Positions 14,391 through 23,594 of a stretch of 64,000 nucleotides of DNA are shown here, piece after piece. The position numbers and the translations under genes are program-made. The notes beneath the pieces are model-generated. The model saw only the letters and a list, made by a program, of their open reading frames with translations. It searched no databases and was not told the DNA's origin. How positions within the stretch are numbered: the first letter of the stretch is position 1; each line of letters begins with the position of its first letter. Origin of the DNA: a phage; assembly GCA_024875585.1 (NCBI GenBank), contig GCA_024875585.1_4107.1; one strand, given 5' to 3'.

Positions 14391-14601
14391 TAACTTTGAA
14401 TACGAGGCCCGTGCTAAGAGTGCCAGAAAAAAAGAGAACACCATTTACTTCACTATGATGTACTTACAATGGACTGAAATTGAAGAAAAGGTTGCTGAAG
14501 TATGGATGTTGGAATTCATGGGGACGCAGTATCAGAATAGGTTTGCGGGTGAGTATATCAATGTTCTTATGAAACAAATAGAAAGGAAGGAAAAGAACTA
14601 A
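14377..14601 (+). CDS. Family A small paralog
   Basis: MGTQYQNRFA. Confidence 0.6.
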   Translation: MNIINNFEYEARAKSARKKENTIYFTMMYLQWTEIEEKVAEVWMLEFMGTQYQNRFAGEYINVLMKQIERKEKN

Positions 14602-14690
14602 TGGAGGGATGCTGTACTTTATTGGAACTTTTATATATTCATGAACACATAGTTGCCCTCACAAATCTAATAAAGGATAAATGTAAATGA
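14601..14690 (+). pseudogene. internally deleted Family A remnant (29-codon mini-ORF)
   Basis: MEGCCTLLELLYIHEHIVALTNLIKDKCK matches N-terminal bit plus C-terminal helix of the 14163 member; keeps stop/start overlaps on both sides. Confidence 0.5.
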
Positions 14691-14944
14691 AACACTTGAC
14701 TGATGATGAACATGAAACTATAATTCGTAAACTAACCCCCATCACAAGGATAGTCTACGGTGATCCCAGCCTCACATGGAACCAAATGCGAGCTAAAGTT
14801 AATGAGCTATGGTTGCTGTACTTTATGGGGACTCAATATCAAGATAAGTTTTGCACAGAATATATCGAACAATTAACGAATGTTATACAGGATAAACTAA
14901 ATGAACGAATTGTGGAAAAATATGAAAACTTTATCAAGCATTGA
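14687..14944 (+). CDS. Family A small paralog
   Basis: MGTQYQDKFC. Confidence 0.6.
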   Translation: MKHLTDDEHETIIRKLTPITRIVYGDPSLTWNQMRAKVNELWLLYFMGTQYQDKFCTEYIEQLTNVIQDKLNERIVEKYENFIKH

Positions 14945-15173
14945 GTATCAGACTGCCCTCTTCTCTCTTCTAAACACCCTCCGCACGAACAATAAACTTT
15001 ATAATTCCCGTGAAGCTGATATTGTCAACGCTGATGTATATCTTAATAAATTTATAGGGACTAACTATCAAGAACTGTTTGTTTTACGATATATCTCTGC
15101 ACTAAGAAACGAAATATCAGATAAAACCCGCCAAGCCAGAAGAGAATGGAAGAGACAATGCAACAAAGACTAA
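14901..15173 (+). CDS. Family A small paralog
   Basis: FIGTNYQELFV; start uncertain (overlaps previous ORF). Confidence 0.55.
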   Translation: MNELWKNMKTLSSIEYQTALFSLLNTLRTNNKLYNSREADIVNADVYLNKFIGTNYQELFVLRYISALRNEISDKTRQARREWKRQCNKD

Positions 15174-15409
15174 ATCACAAAATGTATTGTAAACTATTAC
15201 AGAATCTAGGACAAAAACACTATGATACAGTATCTGAAATATTACCCTATGATATCATGCGTTTAATTCATAGTGAGGCAGAGATGCTTGTACTGATGAC
15301 CGGTACTGATAAAACAGCAATCACCAGATCGATAGAGCAATATATTGATGCACACTGTCAATGTATTAGAACTGAGATATGGAGGCGAGTAAATGAAAGT
15401 ACTGAATGA
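15146..15409 (+). CDS. Family A small paralog (divergent)
   Basis: degenerate motif MTGTDKTAIT; start uncertain. Confidence 0.5.
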   Translation: MEETMQQRLNHKMYCKLLQNLGQKHYDTVSEILPYDIMRLIHSEAEMLVLMTGTDKTAITRSIEQYIDAHCQCIRTEIWRRVNESTE

Positions 15410-15608
15410 GTATCAGTATCATTGGAGGTTACAAACTATAAGAGGGAAAGTTGTTAGTATTTCTTTAGATAAGTCTATTGCACAAGAGGACAAATGTGTT
15501 ATAATAGCTGAAATGAAGTTGGGTGTATTTGTAGGAACAAACTATCAAAACATCTACACTGACGTATTATTAAGTGCCTTACGCAACAAGGTGTTATCCA
15601 GAGAATGA
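15393..15608 (+). CDS. Family A small paralog
   Basis: FVGTNYQNIYT. Confidence 0.6.
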   Translation: MKVLNEYQYHWRLQTIRGKVVSISLDKSIAQEDKCVIIAEMKLGVFVGTNYQNIYTDVLLSALRNKVLSRE

Positions 15609-15823
15609 GAAAATTAATAGGTTACGAATATGTTAAGCTTCTGAAAACCTGTAGTATTAGCAGGGTAAAGATTCAATCTGATAAGAGTATTCCTGTTGAA
15701 CTAAAGTACGCAATGATGGCTGAACTTTATGTAGGTGCACTATTGGGGACAAACTATCAACAAATGTATGTAGACCTATGGGTTGACGCACTACTGAAAG
15801 AGGTCCAAAGTAAATGCAAATGA
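15605..15823 (+). CDS. Family A small paralog
   Basis: LLGTNYQQMYV; ATGA overlap. Confidence 0.65.
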   Translation: MRKLIGYEYVKLLKTCSISRVKIQSDKSIPVELKYAMMAELYVGALLGTNYQQMYVDLWVDALLKEVQSKCK

Positions 15824-16035
15824 TTCATTTATCTTACTATGAATATCAAAAACGTTTAAATGCATCAAGGGATATAAGGATTAAAATCTACAATAACAAA
15901 AGATTGAAATCTGAAGCCAAAAAAATCAAAATGATAGAAGCTGAATTATGCAACTTCCTTGGGACGAACTATCAGGATGATAAGGTAACAAACTATCTTA
16001 GAGAACTAATGATTAGTATCAAGAGTAAATGTTAG
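15814..16035 (+). CDS. Family A small paralog
   Basis: FLGTNYQDDKV. Confidence 0.6.
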   Translation: MQMIHLSYYEYQKRLNASRDIRIKIYNNKRLKSEAKKIKMIEAELCNFLGTNYQDDKVTNYLRELMISIKSKC

Positions 16036-16039
16036 GCAG

Positions 16040-16297
16040 ATGTACATGAAAATGATTAAATTATCTCAAGCAAAATATAAAGAACGCCTGGTGAAAATTG
16101 CACCTAGACTTAATGAAATCCATCACGGAGAAGTCATTAAACACGGAAATAAGATGATTATGAAACTTGAGTTAAAGGTGGGTGCATTCATAGGAACAAA
16201 CTATCAGGAGTATTATGTAGATGAATACATAATCGCACTTAAGAGATACATTGGAAGAAAACTATATCTACAAACTAAAGAATTGTATTGCAAATAA
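16040..16297 (+). CDS. Family A small paralog
   Basis: FIGTNYQEYYV. Confidence 0.6.
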   Translation: MYMKMIKLSQAKYKERLVKIAPRLNEIHHGEVIKHGNKMIMKLELKVGAFIGTNYQEYYVDEYIIALKRYIGRKLYLQTKELYCK

Positions 16298-16578
16298 ATG
16301 CAAGGATAATGAATATGAAAATGATCAATTTAAGTAAAGATGAATATACCGAGCGTATGACAAAAATTACGCACAAACGTAATACAATCTATCACAACCC
16401 AGAAATTCAACACAGTAAGAAAATGATTATGATGCGTGAGTTAAAGATGGGTGTATTCTTAGGAACAAACTATCAAGATACAGAAGTAAATCGCTTAATC
16501 GCGGAGTTACTACTGGAAATCAGAGGTAAGCTGTACTTTCATCAAATGACCCAACCACTGAGGTGTACTAAGAAATGA
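16288..16578 (+). CDS. Family A small paralog
   Basis: FLGTNYQDTEV; start among several nearby ATGs. Confidence 0.55.
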   Translation: MQINARIMNMKMINLSKDEYTERMTKITHKRNTIYHNPEIQHSKKMIMMRELKMGVFLGTNYQDTEVNRLIAELLLEIRGKLYFHQMTQPLRCTKK

Positions 16579-16790
16579 TCAACATCACATTGCAAGAAAG
16601 ATTCATCCGAATCAACTATGCAATTACCAAATTAGATGCTACTATAGGATTCCAAAGTCTACCGTTCCAAACAAGAATGATATTAGAGTGCGAAGCTAAA
16701 TTGGGTGTACTGTTAGGAACGCAACACCAACAACGATATGTGGAAATCTGGATTGATCTTTTAACCCAAAATGTACATGAGAAAATGTAA
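16575..16790 (+). CDS. Family A small paralog
   Basis: LLGTQHQQRYV; ATGA overlap. Confidence 0.65.
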   Translation: MINITLQERFIRINYAITKLDATIGFQSLPFQTRMILECEAKLGVLLGTQHQQRYVEIWIDLLTQNVHEKM

Positions 16791-17027
16791 ATGAAAAATG
16801 AAATGATATACTTAACGAATGAAGAGTTTCAAGAGAAGATGTTAAAAATCTATGATAATACTCTTGAGTACGTTCCAAATCAATCAATATATGAAGTGTC
16901 TGCGAATGTATTATTTCAGAAGCTACCATACGTTCTTGGAACGGATAAACAAGAATTTATGGTCAAAAATATGATTGAACATCTTATGATGAGTATTAAG
17001 GAAAAAGTGAATGCAAAAGAAAAATGA
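16791..17027 (+). CDS. Family A small paralog
   Basis: VLGTDKQEFMV. Confidence 0.6.
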   Translation: MKNEMIYLTNEEFQEKMLKIYDNTLEYVPNQSIYEVSANVLFQKLPYVLGTDKQEFMVKNMIEHLMMSIKEKVNAKEK

Positions 17028-17274
17028 AATGATATACTTAACACCTGCTGAGTTAACAGAAAGACTAGTTAAATCCAGAAGATATACAAATCAACTTCCT
17101 CACAACCCAAATCAAACCCCAGCGGAAAGGAGTGCAGAAGTTTTATTCCAATCACTACCATACCTTCTTGGAACTAATAGACAAGAGTATCATATCGAAC
17201 GTATAATTAAATATCTTAAAATTACTATTAAGGAAAAAGTAAATGCTCAAGAATTTAAAAATCCTAACAGTTAA
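17011..17274 (+). CDS. Family A small paralog
   Basis: LLGTNRQEYHI; near-duplicate N-terminus of the 16791 member. Confidence 0.6.
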   Translation: MQKKNEMIYLTPAELTERLVKSRRYTNQLPHNPNQTPAERSAEVLFQSLPYLLGTNRQEYHIERIIKYLKITIKEKVNAQEFKNPNS

Positions 17275-17485
17275 TGAATATCATAAGATTGTAATGAAAA
17301 CTAATAGTGCAATTTCTAAAAAATCAAACCCAAAGTACATACTGGAACACACATTTGAAGAACGTCAATTAGCTTTAGTTGAAGCAAAACTTCTTGCACT
17401 ATTAGGAACAAACTATCAGGAAGAATACATCAGAAAACTAATATACCTTTTAACTAAACACATCAGGAAAAGAAAAAAAGCATGA
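17243..17485 (+). CDS. Family A small paralog
   Basis: LLGTNYQEEYI. Confidence 0.6.
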   Translation: MLKNLKILTVNEYHKIVMKTNSAISKKSNPKYILEHTFEERQLALVEAKLLALLGTNYQEEYIRKLIYLLTKHIRKRKKA

Positions 17486-17712
17486 AGCACTTGACAGATG
17501 ATGAACATGGGCTTATAGTAATGGATGTAATCAACATCGAATACAAAAAGTTGATACGCTATCGTTGTTATGAAGATAAGCAACTAGTTCTAGCAGAACA
17601 GAAGTTGTTTCGACTCTTAAACACAAACTTCCAAGCACAATACGAAGAATCGTATATGTACCTTTTGGCGAGGAAAGCAAAAAGAGATTATGAAAATTTT
17701 AAGCAAAGGTGA
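17482..17712 (+). CDS. Family A small paralog
   Basis: LLNTNFQAQYE; N-terminus MKHLTDDEH shared with 14687 member. Confidence 0.6.
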   Translation: MKHLTDDEHGLIVMDVINIEYKKLIRYRCYEDKQLVLAEQKLFRLLNTNFQAQYEESYMYLLARKAKRDYENFKQR

Positions 17713-17911
17713 TTCAGTAATATTACTTATAGAGAGTTCAAATAAATTCTTAAACATAACACTGTCTGATATAGATGAAGATGATAAAGAAGTACTGAGA
17801 GCAGATTTAAGAGTACTGTTACATCTCGGAACAAACCTACAAGAAGAATATGTAGAGTACTACATTGATGAACTTAAAGAATCAGTACTGAGAAGATGCA
17901 AATGCGAATGA
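17690..17911 (+). CDS. Family A small paralog
   Basis: HLGTNLQEEYV. Confidence 0.6.
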   Translation: MKILSKGDSVILLIESSNKFLNITLSDIDEDDKEVLRADLRVLLHLGTNLQEEYVEYYIDELKESVLRRCKCE

Positions 17912-18123
17912 TTACCGACGAAGAATACCTAACAATTATAAATGGATTGTTTTTGAAGTTGTTTGTTATTAACACATCAGATATACCAGATATGGATAAA
18001 ATTATTAAGAGAAATGAAATCTATGTTCTAGCTACCCTGGGAACTAACTATCAAGAATGCAATATTAATGATTATATTAATACACTTAAAGGAGCGATTG
18101 AACTAAAATGCCAAAACCACTAG
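17896..18123 (+). CDS. Family A small paralog
   Basis: TLGTNYQECNI. Confidence 0.6.
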   Translation: MQMRMITDEEYLTIINGLFLKLFVINTSDIPDMDKIIKRNEIYVLATLGTNYQECNINDYINTLKGAIELKCQNH

Positions 18124-18323
18124 GAACAGCAGAATACATTGAACTCATGGGATTACACTTCTCATCCTTTCAGAAACTTATGCGAGAATCAAAGAATGAT
18201 TTAGAATATACCATCAGAGGTTCAGATTTAAGAATGCTTCTCACCCTAGACACAGATTCCCAAGAGAGATTTGTCAATGAGCATATTAGAGCACTTTTAA
18301 TGGAAATTAAAAGTAAACTATGA
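18108..18323 (+). CDS. Family A small paralog
   Basis: TLDTDSQERFV. Confidence 0.6.
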   Translation: MPKPLGTAEYIELMGLHFSSFQKLMRESKNDLEYTIRGSDLRMLLTLDTDSQERFVNEHIRALLMEIKSKL

Positions 18324-18535
18324 AGGTAATATCAAACCAAGAGTACTTGGCACTATTCAGGAAGAATAATCACAAATATATGGCACTTGATTCAAGAACT
18401 GATATAGGGGAACTTGAAAAAAATCTTTTGCGTTCAGAGATGATAGTACTGACACTCTTAGGAACACAACATCAAGAGAGAACTGTTGATTCATATATTG
18501 AGATTCTTAAGAAGCTTATACAGGAAAAACTATGA
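18320..18535 (+). CDS. Family A small paralog
   Basis: LLGTQHQERTV; ATGA overlap. Confidence 0.65.
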   Translation: MKVISNQEYLALFRKNNHKYMALDSRTDIGELEKNLLRSEMIVLTLLGTQHQERTVDSYIEILKKLIQEKL

Positions 18536-18762
18536 GAATCATAACACAAACAGACATATTTAAGTTAGCAAGGGAACATACATCTGAAATTGATGCTATA
18601 GTATCAAAAAGTTACAATGACCCTTATACACAAGATGTGCACTACAATGAATTATGGGTGTATATACTTTTAGGTACAAATTATCAAGAGCAAGCAGTAC
18701 AGAAGTATTTGGCAGCTTTAAGTACTGCTACTGCTAATAGTATAGGTATTAAAAAATGCTAG
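18532..18762 (+). CDS. Family A small paralog
   Basis: LLGTNYQEQAV; ATGA overlap. Confidence 0.65.
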   Translation: MRIITQTDIFKLAREHTSEIDAIVSKSYNDPYTQDVHYNELWVYILLGTNYQEQAVQKYLAALSTATANSIGIKKC

Positions 18763-18992
18763 TACTGACAGAACTAGAAATGTATCATAGATTTAATAAG
18801 TACTATCATTTACTTAAGCCTATACAGAGGATTAAATGTCCATTTGAAGAGAAACAGGTATTAATTTATGAGCATAAGTTATTTGTATCATTAGGTACGA
18901 ATGAACAAGAGTATTATTTGAAGTTGTACTTAATTACTTTAATTGAATTGATTAATCACAAAACACAGAAAGCTAAGAAATCTAAAAAATGA
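18756..18992 (+). CDS. Family A small paralog
   Basis: SLGTNEQEYYL. Confidence 0.6.
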   Translation: MLVLTELEMYHRFNKYYHLLKPIQRIKCPFEEKQVLIYEHKLFVSLGTNEQEYYLKLYLITLIELINHKTQKAKKSKK

Positions 18993-19327
18993 AAACTAAT
19001 ATTCAACTCAAGGTATACATATCTTATGAATCTATATACATCAAATGCAGTCTATGTAAAGATGTAATGGATTATAAAGGTAAGCCATTCACAATTACTT
19101 ACAGTCTAACAGGAGGCTTTTATATATCTTTTGTTGATTACGAAAATAAAATATACAAGCACATTGATATTAAAGATTTAAGTACCTTGTCAGATGAGGA
19201 ATACTTTCAAGAATCATTAGTATGGGATTTAGAGTTTCCTATGACATTAGTACACAAAATGATAGTACTAATGAAAGAAACTAAACCTGAGCCGAGTGGT
19301 TATGAAGAATTCATTATTGAGTATTAA
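18989..19327 (+). CDS. Family B paralog (E-E-x-F-Q-x-S-L-V-x-D motif protein)
   Basis: motif EEYFQESLVWD; first Family B member, embedded in Family A array. Confidence 0.6.
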   Translation: MKTNIQLKVYISYESIYIKCSLCKDVMDYKGKPFTITYSLTGGFYISFVDYENKIYKHIDIKDLSTLSDEEYFQESLVWDLEFPMTLVHKMIVLMKETKPEPSGYEEFIIEY

Positions 19328-19339
19328 GAGTACTGATAT

Positions 19340-19555
19340 ATGAAAAGATTATCATACAAAGATTACAGTAAACTTATCAGTACTTTACAACCAGAAATTA
19401 GAAGAATTAATTATCTTCCTATACCCAACGAAGAACGTGTAGTACTGAAAAATGAGTTAATATTAAAACGCACAGTAGGTACTAACTATCAAGATAATAG
19501 TGTTTGCGATTTAATTAGAGGGTTAATGATCACAATAAAGGCCAAGTGCTATTGA
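19340..19555 (+). CDS. Family A small paralog
   Basis: TVGTNYQDNSV. Confidence 0.6.
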   Translation: MKRLSYKDYSKLISTLQPEIRRINYLPIPNEERVVLKNELILKRTVGTNYQDNSVCDLIRGLMITIKAKCY

Positions 19556-19561
19556 CAGTAC

Positions 19562-19590
19562 TTGACGGAGCTTTTCATTACTGATATAGT
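19562..19590 (+). promoter_or_regulatory. sigma70-type promoter (TTGACG-N17-TATAGT)
   Basis: TTGACG 19562-19567, TATAGT 19585-19590, TG at -15/-14. Confidence 0.5.
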
Positions 19591-19619
19591 ACACTAACGT
19601 TAATCATAGGGTAGAAATT

Positions 19620-19865
19620 ATGTTAAAATTTTTAAATTTCCTTATCGTCTTGTGTATTGTTCTTGGGATTGCACCGTTTGTACTGGTGTATATGGATTCA
19701 GATGAAATGCAAAAGATGAATTGCACAAAGACGGGACAGAGTAGAGAAGAGACGATTCTTATGCCTGTTACTGTTATTGTTAATAATATGCCCATTACAA
19801 ACATGGTCCCTACCCTAACGACAACGTACCAGTACTCTTGTACAGACGGGGAGAGGTGGAGATGA
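19620..19865 (+). CDS. small membrane protein (81 aa)
   Basis: N-terminal hydrophobic helix FLNFLIVLCIVLGIAPFVLVY. Confidence 0.5.
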   Translation: MLKFLNFLIVLCIVLGIAPFVLVYMDSDEMQKMNCTKTGQSREETILMPVTVIVNNMPITNMVPTLTTTYQYSCTDGERWR

Positions 19866-20182
19866 AATTTAATATAGCAAAAACATCGAATGTATGTATA
19901 TTTGGTTATGCAGAAGAGTTAGGTGATATTGACATTCTTTTGTACAAAAAGGATGGTGTTATGCATTTCAAGTACCAGGATGAAGAGGCAGACAATTATC
20001 TTTTGCCTAATTTAGTACAAATGCAGGAAGAGGAATTATTCCAGTACAGCTTAGTATATGACATTGATATTTGCACGATGCCAGTACTAATTAATATTCA
20101 AAAAGTGATGCTCGATGTGTTTGATAGGCTAATACAAGGCACACAAGGAAGAACCATATATGTCAATGTACAAGACAATTAA
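19862..20182 (+). CDS. Family B paralog
   Basis: EELFQYSLVYD; start moved to ATG after SD GAGGTGGAG (track 19838). Confidence 0.6.
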   Translation: MKFNIAKTSNVCIFGYAEELGDIDILLYKKDGVMHFKYQDEEADNYLLPNLVQMQEEELFQYSLVYDIDICTMPVLINIQKVMLDVFDRLIQGTQGRTIYVNVQDN

Positions 20183-20375
20183 TCAAGAATGGAAGAATCA
20201 AAAGTACAGAGAATTCAATAGGAATTTTACAAAAGACGAATTGAATATAAAAACAACAGAATTTGATATGTTTATTTTTCTCGGAACACGTTCTCAGGAG
20301 CAATTTGTTCATTATTATATAAATTCGTTGCGAGCGGAGATAGTATGCAAAACAAAGGGTATTATAAAAAGGTAA
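20160..20375 (+). CDS. Family A small paralog
   Basis: FLGTRSQEQFV. Confidence 0.55.
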   Translation: MSMYKTINQEWKNQKYREFNRNFTKDELNIKTTEFDMFIFLGTRSQEQFVHYYINSLRAEIVCKTKGIIKR

Positions 20376-20611
20376 ACCAACATTTGTACGCTACAAAGTA
20401 CAGGGATTTTTGTTTAAAGGGTGGTGATGAAGATTTTTCTTTGCGATTATCAGAATTTAATCTGTTATTTTATCTTGGTACATCGGAACAAGAAGAAATG
20501 GCACAGAAATTTCTCAATCACCTTGTACAAAAAATTAATATGCAAATTTTGATGCTTAAGTTACAGGATGAGATAAATGAATATGAACCCAACAATAGTA
20601 CAGGATCTTAA
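20345..20611 (+). CDS. Family A small paralog
   Basis: YLGTSEQEEMA. Confidence 0.55.
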   Translation: MQNKGYYKKVNQHLYATKYRDFCLKGGDEDFSLRLSEFNLLFYLGTSEQEEMAQKFLNHLVQKINMQILMLKLQDEINEYEPNNSTGS

Positions 20612-20972
20612 ACAAGTAATATTCCTTTTGAATACAAGAAGTGAATTGTATACAGAGTTTAAAGAGATTAATGCATTTTATCAGAATTTTGTAATTCAAG
20701 AGTTCAGTGATTTAATTACAGATGCATTATTTGAATTATCGGAAAAATACAAAGGAACAGAGTTCAGTGTTAAAAATGTATTACGTTCTTTATCAACGCG
20801 TATAATAAAATTAGATCATTTCAAATTTGAAAATAAAGATTTATTCAGTCACAATCCAAGTACAGCTTTATATTTTATTCCTGATTCAGACAAAAATCAT
20901 CCTATTCATTACGGATGGATTTTGTCGTACATAGTACAAGGAAAGGAGTATCCTATTAAATGGAACGATTAG
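20577..20972 (+). CDS. hypothetical protein (131 aa)
   Basis: ORF; no family motif recognised. Confidence 0.5.
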   Translation: MNMNPTIVQDLKQVIFLLNTRSELYTEFKEINAFYQNFVIQEFSDLITDALFELSEKYKGTEFSVKNVLRSLSTRIIKLDHFKFENKDLFSHNPSTALYFIPDSDKNHPIHYGWILSYIVQGKEYPIKWND

Positions 20973-21120
20973 GGCGATTAGATTATTACACAATTAATAC
21001 AAATTATTTGTTGCGTAATATAAAATCCGATTACAAAATATGGATAAAGAACAGAGATAGCATGTGTTATGAATTTTATTTAGATTATGCTATCAAACGA
21101 TTTTTAAGAGAAGAACATTA

Positions 21121-21324
21121 GTGCAAAATAGTAATACGATAACATTAAATGCATTACAGGATTCATTATTAGATAGTATTAAGATGTATTACAATATACA
21201 TTTGAGGGGTGGCATTGATGATTATAATTATTATTTGAGTTTAATTGTAATTGAGCACCTTTCAGTACAGGACAGGATTTTACATCCTACAAATCCTAGG
21301 TATCCATCGATAGGTAAATTATGA
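21121..21324 (+). CDS. hypothetical protein (67 aa)
   Basis: track ORF with non-ATG start; weak. Confidence 0.35.
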   Translation: MQNSNTITLNALQDSLLDSIKMYYNIHLRGGIDDYNYYLSLIVIEHLSVQDRILHPTNPRYPSIGKL

Positions 21325-21878
21325 ATGAGATAGAGTTATTAGCACACAAGATAAGTACAATAATGCTTATCCTCAATAACAACCATCCTATATCGCAGAT
21401 AGATGGAATCCTGAGTCAGAGGACAGGTGGTAGTTTATATTTGTCCCTAAACGCAAATATCGCAAGGAAATACATTGACATTGGTGATGTTGATGCTGAA
21501 ATCGAATGTGATACAACTGGAATTGTTGATGTAGGTGCATTAATCAGTTCAAATCCTGTATCAGTATCCCCGTTGACCAAAGGTGTTAGTACAGGATTCG
21601 AAGGATATTTGTGGTATAATGCTAATGATAATTATTTTATATATCAGCATTCTAATACAAATTATGATGAAGATAAATTTGAGTTCATTGACCCTTATGA
21701 TGAAGCTGGAGTATTTCAACAATCATTAATCACAAAACCACATCAAATGATGTATCTAATGTTATTCAGTACAATGAATTTGAATCCATTAATTAATGGT
21801 TTAAAGTTTTATATTCAATTGAATTTGGTTCATGTAGTTTATGATTTATTAATGCAAGGATATAGTTATGAAGTATAA
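21321..21878 (+). CDS. Family B paralog
   Basis: AGVFQQSLITK; ATGA overlap. Confidence 0.6.
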   Translation: MNEIELLAHKISTIMLILNNNHPISQIDGILSQRTGGSLYLSLNANIARKYIDIGDVDAEIECDTTGIVDVGALISSNPVSVSPLTKGVSTGFEGYLWYNANDNYFIYQHSNTNYDEDKFEFIDPYDEAGVFQQSLITKPHQMMYLMLFSTMNLNPLINGLKFYIQLNLVHVVYDLLMQGYSYEV

Positions 21879-22170
21879 AATGATGTATACTCCAGATATG
21901 ATTTATGTTGAATTAGAAGACGATGACGACGGCTGGAATTTGATTTATTCAATTAGTTCAGGTTGGTACATGGCACATTTAAATGATAACAAAGTTACAG
22001 ATTATTTTGTAGATTTCAACACCTTATCCGATGAAGAATTGTTTCAACAACAATTAGTGATTGATACAGGTGGTTATGATGTGTTATTATTAAAAAAGAT
22101 ACAGAAAGCTGTTATTGATTTTAAGCCCAATATGTTGCAAAGGAAATATTATGACATCGAAGTACAATAA
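21868..22170 (+). CDS. Family B paralog
   Basis: EELFQQQLVID. Confidence 0.6.
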   Translation: MKYKMMYTPDMIYVELEDDDDGWNLIYSISSGWYMAHLNDNKVTDYFVDFNTLSDEELFQQQLVIDTGGYDVLLLKKIQKAVIDFKPNMLQRKYYDIEVQ

Positions 22171-22504
22171 TGTATTTGATATTAAGAAATTAAAAGAATG
22201 GGTTTATAGTATTGAAATTGAAGCAATTCCTTATCATAGATACAAACAATATGATTTATGTAATATAGATATTCGTGAGTTGTACGCATATTATCAGAGT
22301 GCATTAGAGATGCATAAGATATTTTTGAGTTCAAATTACATGACACGTTGTAATGATGCTTTTAAAGAATTTAATAATTATAATTTAGTACAAAAATATG
22401 TCGTATCAAAGTACATGTACAATCAAGGAATTAAAGGTTGTATTGAATTCAATTCGGTCTTTGCTTTAGTTGAGATAATTTTATGCAGTACATGTCTGAT
22501 TTAG
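22151..22504 (+). CDS. hypothetical protein (117 aa)
   Basis: start moved to ATG after SD AAAGGA (track 22115); no clear family motif. Confidence 0.45.
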   Translation: MTSKYNNVFDIKKLKEWVYSIEIEAIPYHRYKQYDLCNIDIRELYAYYQSALEMHKIFLSSNYMTRCNDAFKEFNNYNLVQKYVVSKYMYNQGIKGCIEFNSVFALVEIILCSTCLI

Positions 22505-22980
22505 AGTTTAGTTTAGATGCTGCTTTTAAATTTGTACACAAGATAGAAACAATATATCGTACATTATGTGCAATACGATTAGTAACATCTGAACTTGATG
22601 TTGGTAAAAGGTATCAGGTATGGAATAACACATTTCTAGACAAAGAGCGTTGTTCAACTGGGTTTAATATTTTATCATTTAATCCAAGTAATTGTTACCC
22701 AGAGAAGCATGAGCGTTATCCGAATGATGACATGTGGTTTGAGTACAAAGAAGATGGTGATATGTCGTTCATTGAAGTTCCTGATGATTTTAATGCACAA
22801 GATTTAACAGAAGAATGGTGGTTCCAGCAGAATTTAGTCCACGATGATATTGATTTATTTTTTTATGTAGTATTTAAAATGCTTTATCACAACAAGATAG
22901 TACAAGATAGTGTATTTTTTTCATGTCTATATATTGATGATTTGTACAATGAAATTCAAATCAACATGCCTGTATCGTAA
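22483..22980 (+). CDS. Family B paralog
   Basis: EWWFQQNLVHD. Confidence 0.6.
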   Translation: MQYMSDLEFSLDAAFKFVHKIETIYRTLCAIRLVTSELDVGKRYQVWNNTFLDKERCSTGFNILSFNPSNCYPEKHERYPNDDMWFEYKEDGDMSFIEVPDDFNAQDLTEEWWFQQNLVHDDIDLFFYVVFKMLYHNKIVQDSVFFSCLYIDDLYNEIQINMPVS

Positions 22981-23005
22981 GATATGGGCTTTTTTTGTTT
23001 TGGTA

Positions 23006-23034
23006 TTGACATAGAAGTACAAAACTGTTATCAT
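23006..23034 (+). promoter_or_regulatory. sigma70-type promoter (TTGACA-N17-TATCAT)
   Basis: internal promoter in Family B array; strong SD AAAGGAGG follows. Confidence 0.55.
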
Positions 23035-23060
23035 GGGTAATCATTTTAAAGGAGGAATTT

Positions 23061-23594
23061 ATGGCGAGTTTTATGGTTCCAAGTACATACGAAGATGCAT
23101 CAAGTGCAGTGCATAAGGTTCATCATATTTTTAATTTAATTATTAATGCATCAAAAAATAAAATGTATGCACCTCTAGTGAAATTTAATAAAAATGAGGA
23201 AATTTTTGTTAGTACAGAACAAACGATTTTTCCATATTTCAATAAAGATAGATTATGGTTCATGCATTCAGTTGCATTACAAAGATATAATATAACAAGA
23301 TCCAACGAAAATCATAATCCAGGATATTTGCATATATCGTTATACCATCCCGATATTGGAGAGGATGTATATTTTCAGTACAGCACAGTACACTGCCATG
23401 AAGATATCTTTGCTGCTATGCTTATTGCTAAACTGAACACCGTTGATTTGGAGTACCACAAATACAATAATAAATCATTTAAGATCATAATCCCTGCATT
23501 CATAGCTCTTTATGATTATGTGGTGCATAACAAAAAAGATGATACATATGCTTTCAATGAAGAGTATTTGGATTTTTTTAAGGAGAACATATGA
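23061..23594 (+). CDS. Family B paralog
   Basis: DVYFQYSTVHC; SD AAAGGAGG. Confidence 0.65.
   Translation: MASFMVPSTYEDASSAVHKVHHIFNLIINASKNKMYAPLVKFNKNEEIFVSTEQTIFPYFNKDRLWFMHSVALQRYNITRSNENHNPGYLHISLYHPDIGEDVYFQYSTVHCHEDIFAAMLIAKLNTVDLEYHKYNNKSFKIIIPAFIALYDYVVHNKKDDTYAFNEEYLDFFKENI

Noticed and set aside
22981-23000. T-run GGGCTTTTTTTG after the 22483-22980 gene as a terminator
   Set aside because: No convincing GC-rich stem precedes the T-run; left unannotated.
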